Shown piece after piece: positions 48,801-61,100 of a stretch of DNA of 64,000 nucleotides. This DNA is from Eledone cirrhosa (taxonomy: Eukaryota): contig OZ024755.1 of NCBI GenBank assembly GCA_964016885.1, positions 31,496,001 to 31,560,000 on the forward strand. The letters run 5' to 3'. The notes beneath the pieces are model-generated. The model had not been told where the DNA came from, did no database searches, and saw nothing but the letters and a program-made list of their open reading frames with translations. A program made the position numbers and the translations under genes. The stretch's first letter is position 1. The number at the start of each line of letters is the position of its first letter.

Positions 48801-49715
48801 AGCTGGTATGGAGTATTAAAGTAGTAACTACTTACATAACAGCTGGTATGGAGTATTAAAGTAGTAACTACTTACATAACAGCTGGTATGGAGTATTAGA
48901 GTAGTAACTACTTACATAACAGCTGGTATGGAGTATTAGAGTAGTAACTACTTACATAACAGCTGGTATGGAGTATTAGAGTAGTAACTACTTACATAAC
49001 AGCTGGTATGGAGTATTAGAGTAGTAACTACTTACATAACAGCTGGTATGGAGTATTAGAGTAGTAACTACTTACATAACAGCTGGTATGGAGTATTAAA
49101 GTAGTAACTACTTACATAACAGCTGGTATGGAGTATTAGAGTAGTAACTACTTACATAACAGCTGGTATGGAGTATTAGAGTAGTAACTACTTACATAAC
49201 AGCTGGTATGGAGTATTAGAGTAGTAACTACTTACATAACAGCTGGTATGGAGTATTAGAGTAGTAACTACTTACATAACAGCTGGTATGGAGTATTAGA
49301 GTAGTAACTACTTACATAACAGCTGGTATGGAGTATTAGAGTAGTAACTACTTACATAACAGCTGGTATGGAGTATTAAAGTAGTAACTACTTACATAAC
49401 AGCTGGTATGGAGTATTAGAGTAGTAACTACTTACATAACAGCTGGTATGGAGTATTAAAGTAGTAACTACTTACATAACAGCTGGTATGGAGTATTAGA
49501 GTAGTAACTACTTACATAACAGCTGGTATGGAGTATTAGAGTAGTAACTACTTACATAACAGCTGGTATGGAGTATTAAAGTAGTAACTACTTACATAAC
49601 AGCTGGTATGGAGTATTAGAGTAGTAACTACTTACATAACAGCTGGTATGGAGTATTAGAGTAGTAACTACTTACATAACAGCTGGTATGGAGTATTAGA
49701 GTAGTAACTACTTAC
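48801..49715. repeat. 40-bp minisatellite, about 23 copies, each containing the exon's GTAAGT donor
   Basis: agctggtatggagtattagagtagtaactacttacataac; nearly invariant. Confidence 0.97.
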
Positions 49716-50141
49716 ATTCAGTGTTTCAACTGATCTTATCTCTGGCAGTTGTTGTGTAGTTGATGTGATAGGTTGCTGTCTCATGGTTGAGATGACAATA
49801 GGAGCAGCTGTACTGGTAGGGTTTGTTAACGTTGAGTCATTAAGGACAATCATATTCTGTGAGTTTCCTGTTACTAGTGTGCCAGTCAGTGTGGTTGCTG
49901 TTGCTGCTGTTGTGGCAGTTGTTGTTGTTGCTGCTGACACTGTGGAAGTTGTAGTTGATAGAGAGTGTGTAGAAGGCAATGTAGGGGATGCTGTTGACTG
50001 CATTGTTGACGTGGTTGTCTGAGACAGTTGTTGTGTACAGTTGTTCATATGTTGAGGCCAGTGGTTAGCTTGGCATTGATAATCACAGTAGCTGGTGTTC
50101 CAGCAGCAATACAGTAAAGCCTCTTTACTGCAGTTGGCACA
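49716..50141 (-). CDS. ZMYND8: ZMYND8 exon encoding the MYND zinc finger ([35 protein letters not shown]) and S/T-rich tail
   Basis: [23 protein letters not shown] matches ZMYND8/PRKCBP1 better than ZMYND11; tttag acceptor, gtaagt donor, 426 nt. Confidence 0.93.
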
Positions 50142-50179
50142 CTAAATATGGAAACAAACAATATTATGAATAATAATCA

Positions 50180-51870
50180 TGGTGGTATGTCACAACACAA
50201 AACACCTGTCTACCAGTACCAACACTGACTGAGTTGACTGGTGGTATGTTATAATATAAAACACCTGTCTACCACTACCAACACTGTGATTGAGCTGACT
50301 GGTGGTATGTCACAACACAAAACACCTGTCTACTAGTACCAACACTGACTGAGTTGACTGGTGGTATGTTATAATATAAAACACCTGTCTACCACTACCA
50401 ACACTGTGATTGAGCTGACTGGTGGTATGTCACAACACAAAACACCTGTCTACTAGTACCAACACTGTGAGTTGACTGGTGGTATGTCACAACACAAAAC
50501 ACCTGTCTACTAGTACCAACACTGTGAGTTGACTGGTGGTATGTCACAACACAAAACACCTGTCTACTAGTACCAACACTGTGAGTTGACTGGTGGTATG
50601 TCACAACACAAAACACCTGTCTACTAGTACCAACACTGTGAGTTGACTGGTGGTATGTCACAATACAAAACACCTGTCTACCAGTACCAACACTGTGACT
50701 GAGCTGACTGGTGGTATGTCACAACACAAAACACCTGTCTACCAGTACCAACACTGTGACTGAGCTGACTGGTGGTATGTCACAACACAAAACACCTGTC
50801 TACCAGTACCAACACTGTGACTGAGCTGACTGGTGGTATGTCACAACACAAAACACCTCTCTACCAGTACCAACACTGTGACTGAGCTGACTGGTGGTAT
50901 GTCACAACACAAAACACCTGTCTACCAGTACCAACACTGTGACTGAGCTGACTGGTGGTATGTCACAACACAAAACACCTGTCTACCAGTACCAACACTG
51001 TGACTGAGCTGACTGGTGGTATGTCACAACACAAAACACCTGTCTACCAGTACCAACACTGTGACTGAGCTGACTGGTGGTATGTCACAACACAAAACAC
51101 CTGTCTACCAGTACCAACACTGTGACTGAGCTGACTGGTGGTATGTCACAACACAAAACACCTGTCTACCAGTACCAACACTGTGACTGAGCTGACTGGT
51201 GGTATGTCACAACACAAAACACCTGTCTACCAGTACCTACACTGTGACTGAGCTGACTGGTGGTATGTCACAACACAAAACACCTGTCTACCAGTACCTA
51301 CACTGTGACTGAGCTGACTGGTGGTATGTCACAACACAAAACACCTCTCTACTAGTACCAACACTGTGACTGAGTTGACTGGTGGTATGTCACAACACAA
51401 AACACCTGTCTACCAGTACCTACACTGTGACTGAGCTGACTGGTGGTATGTCACAACACAAAACACCTGTCTACCAGTACCTACACTGTGACTGAGCTGA
51501 CTGGTGGTATGTCACAACACAAAATGCCTGTCTACTAGTACCAACACTGTGACTGAGCTGACTGGTGGTATGTCACAACACAAAACACCTGTCTACTAGT
51601 ACCAACACTGTGACTGAGCTGACTGGTGGTATGTCACAACACAAAACACTCGTCTACCAGTACCAACACTGTGACTGAGCTGACTGGTAGAATGTTATAA
51701 CTCAAAACACATGTCTACTAGTACCAACACAGGACTGAATTGACTGGTGGTATGTTATACCTATCTACCAGTACCAACACTGTGACAGAGACAAAACAGG
51801 ACTGAGTTGACTGGTGGTATGTTATAATACAAAACACCTGTCTACCAGTACCAACACAAAACACCTGTAC
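50180..51870. repeat. 57/61-bp minisatellite, about 27 copies, filling the intron
   Basis: ctggtggtatgtcacaacacaaaacacctgtctaccagtaccaacactgtgactgagctga. Confidence 0.96.
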
Positions 51871-51933
51871 AGTAACAGGAGGAGTTTATACTCCCACAAC
51901 ATAATAAAAGAACTTGTAGAGAAAGTAGCCTAC

Positions 51934-52058
51934 CCATTGTTTTTTCTTTGTTTCTTCAATAGATTTCATCTTTTCAATATCACATTGTTCTCTGATGGAA
52001 GATGCAAAACGGTCTTTCTCATTTTCCCAACTTGCTCGTATTTCTGCTACGGTCAGAT
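51934..52058 (-). CDS. ZMYND8: ZMYND8 coiled-coil exon (LTVAEIRASWENEKDR..EETKKKQW)
   Basis: ctctcag acceptor, gtaggc donor, phase 1-0; ETKKKQW directly precedes MYND as in ZMYND8. Confidence 0.93.
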
Positions 52059-52504
52059 CTGAGAGAACAAAACCATAGATGAACTAACCAGTTACATACA
52101 ACAACCAAACACGTAATAATAATGAGGTCCTTGCTGTGACTTGACAGATGACTAAATACTCCATTGCATATTTGTGTGACAAATAATAACAACAATCATT
52201 TATACGGTGTGGGATTTCAACTGAGAATAAGCCACAACTAGTTGGCACTTGTTGCAATGTGCTAATAATTGTGAGGTAGAGTGTCGGAATATATACGAGA
52301 TGTGGGAAGCTCTGGCTGGTGCCATGATACACCCAGTACACTTTGTAAAGTGGGGTTATAGAATGTATGAACAAGAGGAGATCTCACTAGTCAGTCTAGT
52401 CTCAGACTGTGACAAACCATCCAACCCAGCAGGGACATATGATGGTCATAGTGATGATGATAGTGATGACAATGACTACGATAGTGATGATAGTGATGAT
52501 GATT

Positions 52505-54814
52505 CATCATCATCATCATCATCACCGTTTTACGTCCGTTCTTCCACGCTAGCATGGGTTAGACGGGTTGTCCTGTTGTGGGCAGTGTCTGGTCGGCTGA
52601 CCATGCCTTGCTCATACAGGAACTGATCTGGCTTGATTTCTACAGCTGGATGCCCTTCCTAACACCAACCTCATTTACAGTGAGTGCTGGGTGCTTTTTC
52701 GTGGCGCCTACACGTCCACTTTACAGTGTGGGCTGGGTGCTTTTTTGCCGTGGCACCTCCACGACCACCTTGCGGTGGGGGGGGGGGGGCATATTGTTTA
52801 TATGCTTCAGCATGTACCCATGGGAGGTCGGGTACCCTGTATTACTGCGTGACGCCAGAAGTCACGGTCGTGTGTCATTGACTTTGAGAGGTGTAGTTGG
52901 GTAAGGTCGGCTTTTATCACCTCATCCCAAGTCATCTTGGGTCTCCCCACTCCGCGGTTTCCATCAACTTCTAGTGCTCTGCACCTTTTTATGCAGCTGT
53001 CATCCTTCATACGCATCACATGTCCATACCAGCGTAACCGCCTCTCCTGCACGCAGCATTTGATTCCTCTTATGCTCAGTCTCTCTCTCAATTCATTTAT
53101 GCTTTGTCGTTCACGTATATTACTGTTACACATCCATCGGAGCATGCAGGCTTCGTTTCTCTCTAATCTACGTAAGTCTTCCACCTTCAGCGCCCAGGTC
53201 TCACTACCATGCAACATCGCTGTTCGGATACACGCATCATACAGTCTGCCTTTCATTCTGAGGGAGAAGCCTTTTGCAGCTAGCAGTGGTAGTAGTTCCC
53301 TAAACTTCTTCCATCCCGTTCTTACCCTAGTTATTGTACTTTCTGAGCACCCACCTCCGTTGCTAATTCGGTCACCTAGGTAGCAGAAGCTGTCTACTGT
53401 TTCTACAGGGCCCTCCCAGAGATTGGTGGTACTTGTTTCCTGTGGCTGTTTGCTTGCTGTTTCAGCACAGCTGCTGCATGTGAATCCTACATTCTTAATT
53501 AAGCTTCCTGAGATCCCGCTACATCTCTTGTGTACCCATTGTTTGCATTTGGGGCAAAGAATGGAGTTCCTACCTACACCTTTCCTACATACTGAGCAAG
53601 GCCATTTCCCTGAGGGGATCTGGGTTCTGTTTTCTCGTCTACTTATAAGGACCTTAGTCTTTGTCATGTTGACTTTGAGGCCCTTTCTCTCTAGTCCCTG
53701 CTTCCAGGTTTGGAATTTATTCTCTAGTTCTACCATAGATTCAGCTATGAGTGCGAGGTCATCAGCATACAGGAGTTCCCATGGGCATCCGGTCTTAAAC
53801 TCCTCCGTTATTGCCTGCAGGACTATGATGAACAGGAGAGGGCTAAGAACAGAGCCCTGGTGGACCCCAACCTGTACGCTAAATTCCTCGCTATACTCAT
53901 TGCCAATCCTAACTTTGCTGACTGCTCCCCTATACATGGCTTGTACCGCTTTCACAAGCCATTCATCTACTCCTAGTTTTCTAAGAGCCCACCAGATTAC
54001 TGCACGTGGAACTCTGTCAAAGGCTTTCTCAAGGTCGACAAATGCCAAGTAGAGTGGCTTACTTTTAGCTAGGTACTTTTCCTGTAATTGCCTCACAAGG
54101 AAGAGCGCATCAGTGGTGCCTTTCCCTGGAACAAACCCAAATTGCATCTCATCTATATTCACCCGGTCCCTAATCAGCTGTGCTATAACTCTTTCTGTTA
54201 CTTTCATGACCTGGTCCATCAACTTTATACCTCTATAGTTTCCTCTATCTAGTGCATCGCCTTTACCTTTGTAGCAGTTGACAATGATGCTACTGCACCA
54301 ATCTTTTGGTATGGCCCCCTCTAGTATTACCTGGTTAACGATACGTGTGGTTATAGTGTGACCTACAGACCCAGATGCCTTCAGCATCTCGGCAGCTATA
54401 CCCGATGGACCGGTTGCCTTCCCTATCTTCATATCTCTGATTGCCTTACTTACTACGCTGCCGCTGACTTGTACTGCTGGTCCCTCTATAGGGTCTACGT
54501 GGGGTAGGGTCTCTTCCTCCCATGCATTCTCCTCATTTAGTAATCTATCATAATGACTCTTCCATGCATCTTTCTTCTCAGCACTTGTGAGGGCAAGCTC
54601 ACCTTTATCATTCCGGATACACTTCTCTCCAATGACATCACAACTATCTCTGACACACTGCCTCGCAATCTTGAATACCTCCTGTTTCTGGTCCTCACGT
54701 TGTAAAACATGCTTGAATTTTCTATCCTCTGCTTCCCTCCTAGCTAAGTATACTTGTCGCCTAGCTTCCCTCTTGGTCTCTATGTAATGTACCCTGCTCC
54801 CCCCGTTCTTCCAT
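52505..54814 (-). mobile_element. 5'-truncated copy of RTE family 1 (RT intact, no EN)
   Basis: Virtually identical to 36836-39156; 541-aa ORF identical to the C-terminus of the 1039-aa ORF; candidate TSD aatcat. Confidence 0.95.
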
Positions 54815-54826
54815 GATTATACTTAC

Positions 54827-54911
54827 TTATGTTATGTTTAATCTCTGCAATTTCCTGTTCATGAATCCACCGTAGTTTCTCCAACTCCTGGTGGTAATGT
54901 TTCATTATGAT
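54827..54911 (-). CDS. ZMYND8: ZMYND8 exon (IIMKHYHQELEKLRWIHEQEIAEIKHNI)
   Basis: tttctacag acceptor, gtaagt donor, 85 nt phase 0-1; resembles ZMYND8 EIEKLQWLHQQELSEMKHN. Confidence 0.92.
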
Positions 54912-55094
54912 CTGTAGAAATAAGACAAATCTCAAGATGCTGGCTAATATTACTGGAACTCTAAATTATTTGTTTTTATGTGATGTAACAAATATAAATT
55001 ATTATACACAGGATTTATTTTACCATAAAGGCTAACTAGACACCTTAAAGTGCTGCATTACTAAACCTTAAAGAATCACAGTTTTATACACAGA

Positions 55095-55555
55095 CATACA
55101 TTATAGAGCTAGCCTAGGGAACTAAATACCTTGGTCAATATTGTAGGACTAGTAAAGAGTGCTAAGTACCCAGGTACACATTGTAGAGCTAGCCTAGGGT
55201 GCCAAATAACCAGGTACATATTGTAGGGCAGCCTAGAGTGCTAAATAACCAAGTACACATTGTAGAGCTAGTCTACGACACTAAATACTCAGGCACACAT
55301 TTTAGGGCTAGCGTAAAACTCTAAATACCAAGGTTCACACTTTAGAACAAGCCTAGAACTCTAAATACCCAGGTTACATTGTAGAGCTAACATAGGATGT
55401 TAAATACCCAGGTATACTTTTAGAACTAACATAGGACTCTAAATACCCAGGTACACATTGTAGAGCTAACATAGGATGTTAAATACCCTGATATACATTG
55501 TAGAGCTAACATAGGATGCTAAATACTTAGGCATACATTGTAGAGCCAACCTAGT
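55095..55555. repeat. Old, diverged about 40-bp minisatellite
   Basis: ctaaatacccaggtacacattgtagagctaacatagga variants. Confidence 0.8.
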
Positions 55556-55654
55556 GCGATGACTGATTAATAGTGTTTAGATGAAGTAACTGTCCGATGT
55601 TAAAAGCTGTGTATATTTTTGCTATTAGAGATGTGAAATGATGATAAATCTTAC

Positions 55655-55723
55655 CTGGTGACTATGTTTTGTTAACATATCAGCATACATTTCTTCAAAT
55701 GATTCTTGAATATTTTTGGAAAG
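55655..55723 (-). CDS. ZMYND8: ZMYND8 exon (LSKNIQESFEEMYADMLTKHSHQ)
   Basis: ttgacag acceptor, cag|gtaaga donor, 69 nt phase 0-0. Confidence 0.88.
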
Positions 55724-56379
55724 CTGTCAAAATATCAAACATTTCAAAAGTGAAATTTAAATGAATATAACTTTAGTCTTCCCTTACCATATATAAGTTA
55801 AAAGACACTATTAATAGTTTTTTAATGTCTTTACTACTGAATTGTTGTTGAATTTAGAAATGTAAGCTCTTCAATTTTCTAGTCTCTCCATTTCGTAGTC
55901 CATTTGGCCATCAATATTTAAACTGTTCTATTGTCTCTTGGAATTACATATTGTAGATATTGTTAAAACTTAGAATCTAATCTTTTCTCCCTCGGATCTT
56001 CATTCCTATCCATACCTTTCTGTGTTATTATTTACTATCTCACACGTTTTAATAATATGCTTAAATCTGATGGACCCTTTCTAGAAACTAATCTTCTTCT
56101 AAAGTTACCCATTTCCCTCCAACCCCCACCGATCAAAACTCAGCGGTTTATAGTAAATTTTCTAACTAATCTCTATCGCAAAGCCACCACCTTGGCTATT
56201 ACTCCTTAAGTTTAGACCTGGTTGTTTTCAGTATGCTAAATGGACTACAGAGTTGGAGAGTCTGAGCACTCAATGACAATGTCAAAGATAAAGATAAATT
56301 TACCTCCCGCTGCCGGACGAGAATGCAAGCACTCCTCTTTATTTCAGACATGGAAGACCAACATAATTACGTCACCCAC

Positions 56380-57190
56380 ACCCCTCCCTTCACCCCCAAA
56401 CCCATCCCTTCCACCCACTCAGCGAAATTCAAAACTTCAAATTTGGTACCATGAACGCAGGCACATTGAAAGGTCGCTCAAATGAGGTTGTAGAGATGCT
56501 TGAACGTAAGGAAGTTGATGTTTGTTGTGTTCAAGAGACTAGGTGGAGAGGTGGGTCTGCTAGATTCATTGTGGGCAAGAAACAATGCTATAAGCTTTTC
56601 TGGATGGGAAATGACAATGGACTGGGTGGAGTAGGAATTATGTTAGCAGAAAAATGGGTAGATAAGGTAATTGCCGTAAATAGAGTGAACAACAGAATAA
56701 TTAAAATAAGACTAGTTCTAAATAGAACTACTGTGTTAATAATATCCGCTTATGCACCCCAATCTGGCCTACCTGACGTTATAAAAGAGAGGTTCTATGA
56801 GTCGCTAATGCTCACTACCTCCCAAATAACCGACAGTGACTACATAATTATTGCTGGCGACCTTAATGGTTATGTTGGACAACATTGTGATGGCTATGAC
56901 GAAATCCATGGAGGCTATGGGTTTGGTATTAGAAATGAGGAAGGCTTCAGGATCTTGGAATTCTGTAATGCTAATAACCTAACTATCTGTAACACAAACT
57001 TCAAAAAAACGAGACAATCACTTGATCACCTATAGATCAGAGGAACACACCAGCCATATAGATTTTATCCTTACTAGAAGACGTGACAGAGTGTCCATTG
57101 TAAACACAAAGTATGCCGGGATGGGGGAAGTAGAGAGTGGCTAAGAGAGAAGTTAGGTGACCAGAGTACTTTGCAAGAAGGGAAGCTGAC
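56380..57190 (+). pseudogene. RTE LINE 5' fragment (endonuclease only, frameshifted, 3' deleted)
   Basis: GTMNAGTL..CVQETRW..AYAPQ..GDLNG; frameshift near 57010. Confidence 0.88.
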
Positions 57191-57420
57191 TTCTCTCAGA
57201 GATACTCCCTTGATAATGCGTTTTTAAACCCGAAAATATTTGGGATCATTAAATTTGCTAAAGTAAGATTCTTTTGTTATCTTAGCAATTTAATTTTATT
57301 TCTAATGCATTGTTTGGTTTTCAACAATGCTTCAAGCAAGCTACAAAACTTTGTTTTATATATACATATATAAAAAAAAACAAGAAGTGTTAGTCAACAG
57401 GTTAAAATTAACTTTGTTTA

Positions 57421-57492
57421 TCCAGATTTGCTGCAATATACATTTCGGTGATAACCATAACTCAACAGCTATGACCTCATCAGGCAGCTAGA
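57421..57492 (-). ncRNA. Type I hammerhead ribozyme motif
   Basis: tctagctgc-CTGATGA-ggtcatagctgt(tgagtt)atggttatcacc-GAAA-t-gtat-ATT-gcagcaaatctgga. Confidence 0.7.
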
Positions 57493-57838
57493 ACTTGAAC
57501 AGAAAAAACTGGGAAACACAATGGTGGAACAAAGTTTACCTTGTTAATTCGTTGATATGCCCAGATCCGAAATGTGATGTTGCTAATCCAAAGAACTGGT
57601 GGCATATATATATATATATATATGCTGATCGTTTTTTATATCTGTATTAAGTGCCAAAACATCTATGATCTACAGTTTACAGCTGATGAAGGATTTCTTC
57701 TCTTGTTTCATCCATATTACTATTTTAAACTTTGTTTACAGTAACCACACAGCTCATTTCGTTTCTTGTAATTTTTTATATATATATATACTGTATTAGC
57801 ATGGAAAAATGGATGTTAAACAGTGATGATATATATAT

Positions 57839-58109
57839 CATCATCATCATCATCATCATCAACGTTTAACGTCCGTGTTCCACGCTTGCATGGGTTTGGA
57901 CGGGGGTTTTCCCACTTGAGGCAAGAGTGATTGTCTTGCTCGCATAGGACTGTCTGGCAGGTTTTCTACAGTTGGATGCCCTTCCTAACACCAACCACAT
58001 TTACAGTGTGGGTCTGGGAGGTTTTTACCGTGTTGCCTACACGGCCACATTACAGCGTGGACTGTGTGTTTTTTTGTCGTGACACCTACACGATCTCATT
58101 TGTTTCGGC
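57839..58109 (-). mobile_element. Short 3'-terminal copy of RTE family 2, in tandem with the long copy
   Basis: Nearly identical to 58150-58414. Confidence 0.9.
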
Positions 58110-58149
58110 ATATGTATATTTAATGGATGATGATGATATATATATATAT

Positions 58150-61100
58150 CATCATCATCATCATCAACGTTTAACGTCCGTGTTCCACGCTTGCATGGGT
58201 TTGGACGGGGGTAGTCCCACTTGAGGCAAGAGTGATTGTCTTGCTCGCATAGGACTGTCTGGCAGGTTTTCTACAGTTGGATGCCCTTCCTAACACCAAC
58301 CACATTTACAGTGTGGGTCTGGGAGGTTTTTACCGTGTTGCCTACACGGCCACATTACAGCGTGGACTGTGTGTTTTTTTGTCGTGACACCTACACGATC
58401 TCATTTGTTTCGGCCTGGATGGCGCGGCACCAACATAACTTTACATAGAACGGGGTGGTGTGGATGGGGTGGGGGTGGTGGCGGGACGGGGTGTAGTTTG
58501 TTAGAGATGCCTACTGGCAAGGCGGGTCTTCTCTGTTACTGAGTACCGCCAAAGGTCACGGTCCAGTGACATTGTCTTGGAGAGGTGTAAGTGTGTGAGG
58601 TCGGAGTTTATCAGCTCATCCCATGTTTTTCTAGGTCTGCCTATTCCGTGGCTACCGTCTATCTTTATTGCCCTGCACTTTGTAATACAGCTATCGACTT
58701 TCATGCGCATCACGTGTCCATACCAACGCAGCCTTCTCTCGAGTAAACAACATCTGATCCCTCTTATCTCTAATTTTTTCCTTAGTTCGTTTATGCTTTG
58801 CCGTTCACGTATATTACTGTTACACATCCAGCGGAGCATGCAAGCTTCGTTCCTCTCTAGTCTGCGTATATCCTCTGCACACAATGCCCAGGTCTCACTA
58901 CCATGCAACATTGCTGTTCGTATGCAGGCATCGTACAACCTGCCATTCATTTTTAGGGAGAACCCTTTAGCAGCTAATAGTGGTATAAGCTCTCTGAACT
59001 TTTTCCAACCAGTTCTGACTCTAGCTACAGTACTTTCAGAGCACCCTCCCCCACTGCTGATTTTATCGCCCAGGTAACGGAAGCTGTCCACTATTTCTAT
59101 AGAACCCTCTGCGCAATTGAAAGAGCTAGTATTTTGTGGGCACTTGCTGCTACTTATTGCACCAGAACACCGGCCACATGTAAAATCTATGTTCTTAGTT
59201 AGCTTACCTGTGATCCCACTACATCTTTTATGCACCCAATCTTTGCATTTAGGACATAAGATGGAGTTTCTACCTACGCCTTTCCTACATACCGAGCACG
59301 ACCATTTCCCAGAAGGGACCGCCGCCTTGTTTTCTTTCCTACAAACTAGAACTTTGGTCTTAGCCAGGTTAATTTTAAGTCCTTTTGACTCTAGGCCGTG
59401 CTTCCATGTTTGGAATTTCTTCTCTAGCTCGGCCATTGATTCCGCTATGAGTGTCAGGTCGTCTGCGTATAGGAGTTCCCATGGGCAGCCTGTCTTGAAC
59501 TCCTCTGTTATAGCCTGAAGGGCAATAATAAATAGTAGGGGGCTGAGAACAGAGCCCTGATGGACGCCAACTTTTACGCTAAACTCTTCACTATATTCGT
59601 TGTTAATTCTAACCTTGCTGACTGTTTCTTTATACATGGCTTGTATAGCCCTCACAAGCCATTCGTCAACGCCTAGTTTTCTAAGAGCCCACCAGATAAT
59701 GGAGCGGGGGACTCTGTCGAAGGCTTTCTCCAGGTCGACAAAAGCTAAGTAGAGGGGTTTACCTTTAGCTAGGTACTTCTCCTGTAGTTGTCGTACTATG
59801 AAAAGAGCGTCTGTGGTGCTTTTGCCTGACACAAACCCGAACTGCATTTCATCTAGATCAATTCTCTCTCTGATTAGTTGCGCTATTACTTTTTCCGTGA
59901 CCTTCATGACCTGGTCGATTAATTTAATGCCTCTATAGTTACTCCTATCTAGGGCGTCTCCTTTACCCTTATAACAGTTAACGATGATGCTGCTATGCCA
60001 GTCCTTCGGAACAACCCCATTCTGTACGACTTGGTTAACTATCCGGGTGACCATGGTGTGTCCCACCGTGCCAGATGCCTTCAGCATCTCAGCAACTATT
60101 TCCGAAGGCCCAGCCGCCTTACCAGTCTTCATGTCCTTGATTGCCTTACTTATTATACTCCCCTCGACTAACACTGCTGGTCCCTCTATCGGGTCGATAT
60201 GGGGGAGACTGTCTTTCTCCCATTTATTCTCCTCATTTAGTAGCCTTTCATAGTGACACTTCCAAGCTACCTTCTTATCAGTGTCGGTGATGGCAAGTAT
60301 GCCATCATCGTTAAGTACACACTTCTCCCCGACAATATCACGGTTTTCCTTGACGCATTGCCTGGCAATCCTGAACACCTCACGTTTTTGGTCATCGCGT
60401 TGTAGAACATGCTTGAACTTTCTTTCCTCAGCTTCCCTTCTTGCTAAGTACACTTCTCTCCTAGCTTCCCTCCTGGCCACTTGATAGTCTACTCTACTTC
60501 CCCCATCCCGCCATACTTTCCAAGCCTGCTTTTTGGCCTTAATTGACCCCTCCACCCTATTGTTCCACCACCATGTTACTCTCCTCCTGCCTACAGGCCT
60601 GCTCCAGCCACAGACTTCGTCTGTCGCCAACAGCAGGTTTGCTTTCAGAAATTTCCACTGTCCCTCTATATTGTCCGATTCTAGATGCTCTTCCTTACTG
60701 TCGAAAGCATCAAGTAATATGCTTTGAAATTTATTTCTGGCTGTGGGGTCCTTTAGTTTCCATATTTTCCTCCTGAGGATAGTCCTCTTCTGCTGTCGGG
60801 TACGTCTCGTCCTGACTGTGAGGTCGCTAATTATCAGTCTATGTTGGGAGGTGCATTCTTCATGGGGGAGGGATTTAGTGTTTACAACAGACACTCTGTC
60901 ACGTCTTCTGGTAAGGATATAATCTACCTGGCTTGTGTGTTCCCCGGATCTATAGGTAATCAGGTGATTGTCACGTTTTTTGAAGTTAGTGTTACAGATA
61001 GTTAGGTTATTTGCATCACAGTATTCCAGAATTCTGGAGCCTTCCTCATTTCTAGTACCAAACCCATAGCCTCCATGGATTTCGTCGTAGCCGTCACAAT

